This document shows positions 58,094 to 64,000 of a stretch of 64,000 bases of DNA, one piece after another. The notes beneath the pieces were generated by a model. The model ran no database searches, had not been told where the DNA came from, and saw nothing but the letters and a program-made list of their open reading frames with translations. A program made the translations under genes and the position numbers. Within the stretch, counting starts at the first letter, position 1; every line of letters starts with the position of its first letter. This stretch comes from Candidatus Amesbacteria bacterium GW2011_GWB1_47_19 (GTDB lineage Bacteria > Patescibacteriota > Microgenomatia > CAZETR01 > Amesbacteraceae), in the NCBI GenBank assembly GCA_001002325.1, contig LCNZ01000001.1, positions 3,773 through 67,772 on the forward strand. The letters are read 5' to 3'.

Positions 58094-58612
58094 TTATTTT
58101 TTTACCAAGTAGTGGAGTTGAAGGGTTTGAGGACTTAAGGGTTTGGAGGAAAGAAATTCGAGCTGGATATTGAAATCCGCACCCTGGAATAAGGCCTTGC
58201 CGTTGCCCAGAGCCAGGGGTTCGATATCCAGAAATATTTCATCGACCAATCCCTCTTTCATAAACGAGGTCCATGTTTGATTACCCCCGGCGACAACAAT
58301 TTCTTTTTTACCCAGTTTAGACATAACAGATACCGCTCCCTGAGGTCCGTCGGGAGTGAGGATAATTTTAAAACCATTCGGAGGAAGAGAAGGGCGGGAG
58401 GTCAGTATAACAGTAGTGTGTTCGGGATTCGGCCAGTCTGAGGACGGTAAGGTTAAATATTCCTCGTAGGTTTTTCGACCCATTACTACTGCTCCGATTT
58501 TACCGCAAAAAGCCATGAAACTGGCGTTGTCTTCATCCGACCAGGGAGTGTTACCGTCTTTATCGGCGATACACCCATTAATAGACGAAGCAATATAAAA
58601 ATATGTTTTCAT
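58094..58612 (-). CDS. Dihydrofolate reductase family protein (RibD C-terminal domain-like)
   Basis: FYIASSINGCIADKDGNTPW...VMGRKTYE...IVVAGGNQTWTSFMKEGLVDEIFL is a RibD_C/DHFR-like pattern. Confidence 0.55.
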   Translation of the reverse strand: MKTYFYIASSINGCIADKDGNTPWSDEDNASFMAFCGKIGAVVMGRKTYEEYLTLPSSDWPNPEHTTVILTSRPSLPPNGFKIILTPDGPQGAVSVMSKLGKKEIVVAGGNQTWTSFMKEGLVDEIFLDIEPLALGNGKALFQGADFNIQLEFLSSKPLSPQTLQLHYLVKK

Positions 58613-58639
58613 GATTGGCTAAATTGTAGCATTTTTACC

Positions 58640-59032
58640 TCACTCTCTTGTCCCTCTCCTTATTTCAGGAGAGGGAAGATTTTGACTTATTTTTAATAAA
58701 ACTTCGGACAAATTATTTAGTAAGTCCGCATTATTGAATCTAATTTCTTTTATACCTAGAGTTCTTAAATACTCCGTCCGATACTTATCATATTGAATAC
58801 TACTTGGTGTGTTGTGGACGCCTCCGTCTATTTCCACTGCCAGTTTGGCGTTATGGCAGTAAAAATCCACCACAAAATTCATGACACTATATTGTCTCTT
58901 GAATTTCATTCCTAATTTTATATTACGCAATTCTTCCCATAATAGATGCTCATAAGCGGTACTTCGTTTTCTTAGATCTCTTCGTCTCCATTTCATCCTG
59001 TTGGCATTTAAAACCTGGTGTGTTACCTGCAT
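58640..59032 (-). CDS. DUF559 (Vsr-like) endonuclease-domain protein
   Basis: YEHLLWEELRN...KFKRQYSVMNFVVDFYCHNAKLAVEIDGGVHN matches the DUF559 core. The C-terminal 8 residues are encoded by a palindromic repeat. Confidence 0.7.
   Translation of the reverse strand: MQVTHQVLNANRMKWRRRDLRKRSTAYEHLLWEELRNIKLGMKFKRQYSVMNFVVDFYCHNAKLAVEIDGGVHNTPSSIQYDKYRTEYLRTLGIKEIRFNNADLLNNLSEVLLKISQNLPSPEIRRGTRE
58652..58675. repeat. Palindromic hairpin repeat copy 1 (ccctctcct tatttc aggagaggg), inside the 3' end of the DUF559 CDS
   Basis: It has a perfect 9-bp stem. It is identical to the second copy at 59045-59070, which has the reverse-complement loop. Confidence 0.5.
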
Positions 59033-59044
59033 AATTTTAATAAT

Positions 59045-59070
59045 ACCCCCTCTCCTGAAATAAGGAGAGG
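59045..59070. repeat. Palindromic hairpin repeat copy 2 (cccctctcct gaaata aggagagggg), between the DUF559 start and the rmuC stop
   Basis: It has a 10-bp stem and shares its arms with copy 1. Confidence 0.5.
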
Positions 59071-59085
59071 GGCGTGGGGTGAGGT

Positions 59086-60105
59086 TTAAGATTCAAGTTC
59101 CGGAGGTTGTTTTTCTTCGCCAGTTAAGGTGTGAGTTTGGGAGAGTTTTTGACCCAGGGAGTTAAAACCGCTGGAGACGTGGGACATCTGGTTGTAAGCA
59201 TTGGTGAGGTGGCGTCCCAAAACGCCCATATTTTCCTCCACCTTGGAATAGTCCTTTTGAATTGCCCGCAGGAGCCGAAAAACTTCGCGGGATTTGGTTT
59301 CCATCTCTTTTCCCTGAAAGGATACCAGCAAGACCTGCAAGTGGGCATAAAAAGTGGTAGGGGAAACGGGGTAAACCCGCATAGACCGGGCATAGTCCAT
59401 GAGGTCGGGAGTGTTGGCGACTTCATAATAAACGGGTTCCGAAGGGACGTACATCAGGGCAAAATCCATAGTCTTTTCTTCCGGCAAAATGTATTTTTTG
59501 GAGATATCCGAGATATGTTTTTTGACATCGGAGGAAAAATCTTTTTTAGCCTGGTTTCTGAGATTTTCCGTCTCACCTTTGACCATGAGATTGAAGTTTG
59601 CCATGGGGAATTTGGAATCGATACATAAAAGCCCGGCGTCGGTTTTGAGGACAGCGTCGGCCTTGACTCCGGATTTGAACGAATACTGCAAATGAAAGGC
59701 GTTTTTGGGGAATGCCTGGCCGATCATATCCGCTAAAACCTGCTCGCCGATGTTACCCCGGAGTTTGGGGCTCTGAAGGAAGTCCTGAAGTGATTTTATA
59801 CCTTTGCCCACCTCAGACATTTCACCCAAATTTTTTTGGACCGAACCGATAACTTTGGCAGCGTTGTCCAACCTCTCATTCAACTGGCGGGTGTTTTCCT
59901 GCAGGATCTTGGCCATATCCGAAGAAGACCCTCTCATAGCCTCGTTGAGGGTCTTGTTGGTAGCTTCGATGGAGTTCTGCATGCTTTGAAGCCAATGGGT
60001 GAGGGTGGAATCTGAGGGGGGAGGAGCATTTGATGCACGGCGAAGCTGAAGCCAAATAATGACGAAGCCGATAACGACTACTGCCAGAATAAGATACAAT
60101 TCCAT
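59086..60105 (-). CDS. rmuC: DNA recombination protein RmuC
   Basis: An N-terminal TM and coiled-coil are followed by a C-terminal RmuC nuclease-like domain (LPEEKTMDFALMYVPSEPVYYE). Confidence 0.8.
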   Translation of the reverse strand: MELYLILAVVVIGFVIIWLQLRRASNAPPPSDSTLTHWLQSMQNSIEATNKTLNEAMRGSSSDMAKILQENTRQLNERLDNAAKVIGSVQKNLGEMSEVGKGIKSLQDFLQSPKLRGNIGEQVLADMIGQAFPKNAFHLQYSFKSGVKADAVLKTDAGLLCIDSKFPMANFNLMVKGETENLRNQAKKDFSSDVKKHISDISKKYILPEEKTMDFALMYVPSEPVYYEVANTPDLMDYARSMRVYPVSPTTFYAHLQVLLVSFQGKEMETKSREVFRLLRAIQKDYSKVEENMGVLGRHLTNAYNQMSHVSSGFNSLGQKLSQTHTLTGEEKQPPELES

Positions 60106-60125
60106 ATATCAGGGTTATATTATAT

Positions 60126-60428
60126 ATGAGAATAAAGCAAAGCAGGCCCAGGGGGACTTTGGCAATAATCGGGTTGGTGCTGGTGCTGCTGGTTGTGTGG
60201 ATTTGGAAAGTGCCGCCGGAAAGCTGGTGGACGGAAGGAGTGGGAATAGTGTTGGCGGGGTTGTGTCTGTGGTTAACCGGAGCCTGGATTTCCGGTAAAA
60301 GGAGGTACGGTTGGGTGGTTGCGATTGGGGTAACCGTGCTGCTGATACTGAGACGGTGGGAGGTGCTGGACGCGCTGACTTTGGGACTAACTTTGGGGCT
60401 GTTGGGCTTGATAACTTTAATAATTTAA
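60126..60428 (+). CDS. Hypothetical small membrane protein (100 aa, 3 TM)
   Basis: Only hydrophobic helices are visible, and I recognise no family. Confidence 0.3.
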   Translation: MRIKQSRPRGTLAIIGLVLVLLVVWIWKVPPESWWTEGVGIVLAGLCLWLTGAWISGKRRYGWVVAIGVTVLLILRRWEVLDALTLGLTLGLLGLITLII

Positions 60429-60447
60429 ACTATTCTTTAGTGAATAC

Positions 60448-60816
60448 ATGCAGGTATCTAAACAAAAGGTTAATCCTACATTGGAAAAACAGCTGTACCG
60501 GATGTGGGGGCAACTGATTGCGGATATTAAATTCCCTGCGGAGGCGGATAAAATATCGGAGAGTATATTTTCAACAACAGAATTGTTGACGATTATTAAA
60601 AGGCTGGGAGTAGCATACTGGCTAAGTAAGGGCAGAAGTTATGAAAACATTAAACAAAATCTGAAAGTTTCCAGTGCAACGATTGCCTCGATTCAGCAGG
60701 AGCTGAAAAAGCCGGGTTGGAAACTGGCGCTGGAGAAAGTAATGGCGGAAGAATGGGCAAGCAAGTGGGAAGAAAAAATCAAAAATTTGTTTAAGAGGGA
60801 TCAGAGTAAAAATTGA
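60448..60816 (+). CDS. TrpR-related (YerC/YecD-like) HTH DNA-binding protein
   Basis: RLGVAYWLSKGRSYENIKQNLKVSSATIASIQQEL is an HTH resembling the TrpR/YerC family. Confidence 0.5.
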   Translation: MQVSKQKVNPTLEKQLYRMWGQLIADIKFPAEADKISESIFSTTELLTIIKRLGVAYWLSKGRSYENIKQNLKVSSATIASIQQELKKPGWKLALEKVMAEEWASKWEEKIKNLFKRDQSKN

Positions 60817-62006
60817 CCGGATTTGTAGATGACTTTTTGGGTGCCGTCGGATAAATAGGCTGTCACAGTGCGGTCGGTGGTGCTGATAATGTCCGTATGA
60901 ACGACGGAGTTGTTGAAACCCATTTTCGCCCAGCCGGCCTGGGTAACTTTGGCGGGATTACCGGTGTATGAGTCCTGATAACTGTTGCCCAGGGCGATAT
61001 GGGTATTGCCGTAAGGGCCGGAGATATTTTCATCAAATAGGGTTTCGGCCATAAATTCGGTGATACGAGAAAGGCGTTTGTCGGTTAAGGAAAATTCGCC
61101 GATTTTGTCAGCGTCTTTGACTGCCAGCATGGCTTTGAGGACGGAGTAATTTTTGGCAGCGGAACTTTTGACAACCAGCCCGTCCTTGAATTGCAGTTTG
61201 ATGCCGGTAATCAGACTGCCATAACGATAAAGCGGTTGGTTGAAGCTGATGCGACCGTTGGTTCCCCGCCAGTCGGGGGAAATAAAGACTTCAAAGCTGG
61301 GAATATTACGCCCGCTACCTCCCAGCCATTTACGGCCAGGGCCGATTTTGACCCACAAATCTACATCCGGACCGAGAATATGCAGCCGGTCGATTTTCAA
61401 ACTGTTTAATTTGGCCAGGACGCGACCGCCGGTGGTAAAAACCTGTTTCCAGGCGGAGACTGGATCCGCAATATCCAGAAAACAGGCTTTGCTAATCTGA
61501 TCCCAGTATGCCTTGAGACCTAATTTCGCTTCTTTGGCCATGGCGGGGGTGCCGTAAAGAGCCAGGGTCCAGGTAAACTTACCGGCATTTTCTTTGGCGT
61601 CCAGCCAGTCTTTGAAAGGTTTCTGGGCGGTGCTTTTGGTCATGATCTTTTCAGGATCAATCCCTTCCAGTTCATGTTTGTCCGTTTCAGAAATAATGCC
61701 TATAGAGTGGTCTATTTCGTCAACCAGGCCGCGAAGATATTTACGGGGGAAAAACTTTAACTGAGCGGGATTGGCCAGTTCGAAAAAACGGCGGGAAACA
61801 TCGTCCGGCTGATAGAAAGTCAGGGGGTGACCGCCGGAGCGCAGAATTTGATCGCGCAGGGCAAGATACAGGGGTTTGGCGGATTCGGATACAACCAGGC
61901 GGACAACTTCACCCGGTTTAAGGCCCTTGCCGGAATTAAGGGCAAAATTCACCAGTACTTTAGCATACTTATCTAAAATGGCTTGAGAAGGGGCAAAAGT
62001 TGCCAT
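60801..62006 (-). CDS. Aminopeptidase, M29 family (AmpS/PepS-like); start at ATG 62006 (MATFAPSQ)
   Basis: Its length and the blocks KYAKVLVNFALNSGKGLKPGEVV...EFSLTDKRLSRITEFMAETLFDENISGPYGNTHIALG are typical of M29. Confidence 0.75.
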   Translation of the reverse strand: MATFAPSQAILDKYAKVLVNFALNSGKGLKPGEVVRLVVSESAKPLYLALRDQILRSGGHPLTFYQPDDVSRRFFELANPAQLKFFPRKYLRGLVDEIDHSIGIISETDKHELEGIDPEKIMTKSTAQKPFKDWLDAKENAGKFTWTLALYGTPAMAKEAKLGLKAYWDQISKACFLDIADPVSAWKQVFTTGGRVLAKLNSLKIDRLHILGPDVDLWVKIGPGRKWLGGSGRNIPSFEVFISPDWRGTNGRISFNQPLYRYGSLITGIKLQFKDGLVVKSSAAKNYSVLKAMLAVKDADKIGEFSLTDKRLSRITEFMAETLFDENISGPYGNTHIALGNSYQDSYTGNPAKVTQAGWAKMGFNNSVVHTDIISTTDRTVTAYLSDGTQKVIYKSGQFLL

Positions 62007-62052
62007 GGGTGGAGTATAGCATGTGGAGGGCATTTTAGTTAAAATCAGGCTT

Positions 62053-63444
62053 ATGAACAACAAATTCTATATCACTACTGCGATTGACTACACGAATGAT
62101 GTAATTCATGTGGGGCACTCCTACCAAAAACTGTTGGCTGATGTTCTGGCACGGTATCACAGACTAACCGGTGATGAGACGTATTTCCTGACCGGGACGG
62201 ATGAACACGGACAAAAGGTGGAAAAAAGTGCTGCTGAAAAAGGGATTGAACCAAAAGAGTTCGTTGACAAAATTGCTAAGGAAAATAAAAAAGAGTGGAA
62301 AAGCCTGAATATTTCATATGACAGATTTATCCGGACAACCGACGAGGATCATATAAAATTCGCTCAGGAGTTTTATCTAAAATCCAAAGCCACCGGGGAT
62401 ATCTACCTGTCAAAATACGAGGGGTTGTATTGTGAAGGCTGCGAAGCGTATCTGGAAGAGTCTGATTTGGTTGATGGAAAATGCCCTTTTCACCCGAACA
62501 AGGAACCTCAAAAGTTGGTAGAAGAAAATTATTTTTTCCGGCTGTCTAAATACCAGAAATTTATTGAGGAACTTCTGGAAAATAATCCCGAGTTTATATT
62601 TCCGGACAGCAAGAGGCGTGAAATATTAAGTTTTGTAAAGTCCGGGTTGAGAGATTTTTCGGTGAGTCGAAAAAATGTAAGGTGGGGAATACCGGTTCCC
62701 GATGACCAAGAACACACGATATACGTATGGTTCGACGCTTTGATAAATTATCTGACTTATGGGGTAGAGAAAAATTGTTGGCCGGCGAATATTCATGTAC
62801 TGGGAAAGGACAATCAACGGTTTCATGCAATTTTTTGGCCGGCAATGTTGAAAAGTGCGGGGTATGAATTACCAAAAACCATTCTGGTGCATAATTTTTT
62901 CAGCCTGAACGGACAAAAAATCAGTAAATCTCTGGGAAATGTAGTCAGGCCGTCAGAATTGGTGGCCAAATACGGTGCAGACGGGGTGCGCTATTTCTTT
63001 TTGCGGCACGGGCCACTTTTAGGGGATGTGGATATTACCTGGGACAAACTGACAGAAGTTTATAATGCGGATTTGGCAAACGGATTGGGGAATCTGGTGG
63101 CGCGCGTCGCGAAGCTGTGTGAAACCAGCGGATTTGAATTCGAAGAACAAAAAATCGGCTGGTATGACGATCTGGATGACAAGCTGAAGAATTACAGGTT
63201 TGATGAGGCATTGGGGTGGTTATGGGAGGTTTTGAAAAAAACTGACCAATTGATTGAACTGGAAAAACCCTGGGCTTTGTCTGGCGAAAAACTGAAAGAA
63301 GTGTTAGAGAAACTGGTATTACAGGTCAGGCTGGCGGGCTATAATTTACAGCCGTTTTTGCCGGAAACTGCAGAGAAAATTCTAGTCCAATTTAAAGGGC
63401 CAAGAATTGAAAGTGGTGCTCCCCTGTTTCCGAGAATTAAATAA
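62053..63444 (+). CDS. metG: Methionine--tRNA ligase (minimal form), start at ATG 62053
   Basis: The HIGH motif is HVGHSYQKLLADV, the zinc knuckle is CEGC...CPFH, and the KMSKS motif is KISKSLGN. Confidence 0.9.
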   Translation: MNNKFYITTAIDYTNDVIHVGHSYQKLLADVLARYHRLTGDETYFLTGTDEHGQKVEKSAAEKGIEPKEFVDKIAKENKKEWKSLNISYDRFIRTTDEDHIKFAQEFYLKSKATGDIYLSKYEGLYCEGCEAYLEESDLVDGKCPFHPNKEPQKLVEENYFFRLSKYQKFIEELLENNPEFIFPDSKRREILSFVKSGLRDFSVSRKNVRWGIPVPDDQEHTIYVWFDALINYLTYGVEKNCWPANIHVLGKDNQRFHAIFWPAMLKSAGYELPKTILVHNFFSLNGQKISKSLGNVVRPSELVAKYGADGVRYFFLRHGPLLGDVDITWDKLTEVYNADLANGLGNLVARVAKLCETSGFEFEEQKIGWYDDLDDKLKNYRFDEALGWLWEVLKKTDQLIELEKPWALSGEKLKEVLEKLVLQVRLAGYNLQPFLPETAEKILVQFKGPRIESGAPLFPRIK

Positions 63445-63447
63445 ATC

Positions 63448-63475
63448 TTTACAATTTAAGTGCTTCGGGTATAAT
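63448..63475 (+). promoter_or_regulatory. Sigma70-type promoter TTTACA-N16-TATAAT, followed by RBS GGGAGGTGA and a TTG start
   Basis: The sequence reads tttacaatttaagtgcttcgggtataat, then GGGAGG 7 nt before TTG at 63494. Confidence 0.5.
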
Positions 63476-63493
63476 TTGGTGGGAGGTGATCAT

Positions 63494-63985
63494 TTGAAAC
63501 TACCAACAATTGATTTTTCGACTTATAAATATCCACTGAGGTTTCTGCTTTTAGGTAACGAGGATACATGGAGTGCTTTTTTGCAGGTGATTGAAGATTT
63601 GACCCCGGATCAATTGGCTTATAAGCACCAAGATTACTCCCAGAGAACTATTGCGGAGATGGTCAACCATGCCCTGGATACCCAATACGGGTTTTATACC
63701 CAGCATGTGGTTTTGGGTAATCCCATACCGGAGAATTTATATAAAGACCTTCCCAAAACAACAGAAGAAGGCATAAAGCGGGTGGTTGAGGTGTATAAAA
63801 AAACCTGTAACTTGTGGAAAGGGCTAAACGAAGACGTTTTTCGGAAAGAAATTAAGACTGAATGGGGACAGGTTTTAACCGGAGAACTGGCATTGTTTCA
63901 GTCCGTTACCCACACCCATTACCACTTAAGTGAAATCTGTTTTTTGAGAGGCTTGGGAGGATTCCCTACCCAAGTGATGGGGTAG
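63494..63985 (+). CDS. DinB/YfiT-family metal-dependent hydrolase-like protein (TTG start preferred over the overlapping ATG 63407)
   Basis: MVNHALDTQYGFYTQHV and HTHYHLSEICFLRG are DinB_2-type His motifs. Confidence 0.6.
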   Translation: MKLPTIDFSTYKYPLRFLLLGNEDTWSAFLQVIEDLTPDQLAYKHQDYSQRTIAEMVNHALDTQYGFYTQHVVLGNPIPENLYKDLPKTTEEGIKRVVEVYKKTCNLWKGLNEDVFRKEIKTEWGQVLTGELALFQSVTHTHYHLSEICFLRGLGGFPTQVMG

Positions 63986-64000
63986 GATTGTAAAGCAGCT

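Noticed and set aside
1-64000. A CRISPR array.
   Set aside because: No regularly spaced direct repeats of 25-40 bp with unique spacers were seen. The only repeats are the two palindromes near the DUF559 gene and short micro-repeats.
1-64000. tRNA, rRNA or tmRNA genes in the intergenic gaps (150-277, 3974-4338, 7463-7716, 8255-8634, 54823-55477).
   Set aside because: No cloverleaf-compatible sequence with the T-loop GTTCRA or a CCA end, and no rRNA or tmRNA conserved blocks, were recognisable by eye. I cannot exclude them without a covariance search.
1-64000. An alternative genetic code (UGA recoding as in some CPR lineages).
   Set aside because: Conserved genes terminate at TGA, TAA and TAG at the expected positions. 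None contains an in-frame TGA inside its conserved region, so the standard code 11 fits.

Overview
This 64 kb window is almost entirely coding on both strands and reads as housekeeping chromosome from a small-genome bacterium, probably Patescibacteria/CPR-like. Supporting that reading, the ribosomal cluster lacks L30, IF-2 starts directly at its G domain (468 aa), and several zinc-ribbon ribosomal proteins are present. Standard stop codons are used throughout. Order of content, 5' to 3':
- Minus strand, start to ~5.2 kb: a partial rpsO, a small membrane ORF, a divergent NrnA-like DHH protein, infB, nusA and a dnaJ-like (CbpA-type) gene.
- Plus strand, ~5.3-22.9 kb: fusA, then a small accessory islet (RelE/ParE toxin, RHH antitoxin and a truncated HAD fragment), tuf and rpsJ. 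An unexplained 126-aa ORF and a promoter-plus-terminator leader follow, then the S10-spc-alpha ribosomal block L3-L4-L23-L2-S19-L22-S3-L16-L29-S17-L14-L24-L5-S14(Z)-S8-L6-L18-S5-L15-SecY-Adk-Map-IF1-L36-S13-S11. The block stops at S11 against a convergent minus-strand ybaK-dnaK-grpE-hrcA operon carrying a CIRCE operator.
- 26.5-31.8 kb: a membrane-anchored glycoside hydrolase, lepA, murJ and rpsT.
- 31.8-46.5 kb: a cell-envelope island with PilN/PilO-like genes, an FN3/Ig surface protein with an LPESG sorting signal, a HAD hydrolase, a GT4 transferase, three polytopic GT-C-like membrane proteins, a SAM methyltransferase, a YYY (DUF2298) membrane protein, an AttH/CrtC-like secreted protein and an LCP ligase.
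- 46.5-54.2 kb: a short UvrD-like helicase, two tandem FemAB genes and a convergent 1344-aa UvrD helicase fused to a Cas4-like Fe-S nuclease domain, interrupted in helicase motif III by a 363-aa intein. I rate this intein-bearing helicase-nuclease and its partner helicase the most interesting feature of the window.
- 54.2 kb to the end: rnhB, a 650-bp noncoding gap, an aldo-keto reductase, an AlkD-like glycosylase, def, DUF2784, a DHFR-like gene, a DUF559 endonuclease bracketed by identical palindromes, rmuC, a TrpR/YerC-like regulator, an M29 aminopeptidase, metG and a DinB-family gene with a clean sigma70-type promoter.
I found no tRNA or rRNA genes and no CRISPR array. All protein-family calls rest on motifs I could recognise by eye, not on database searches.
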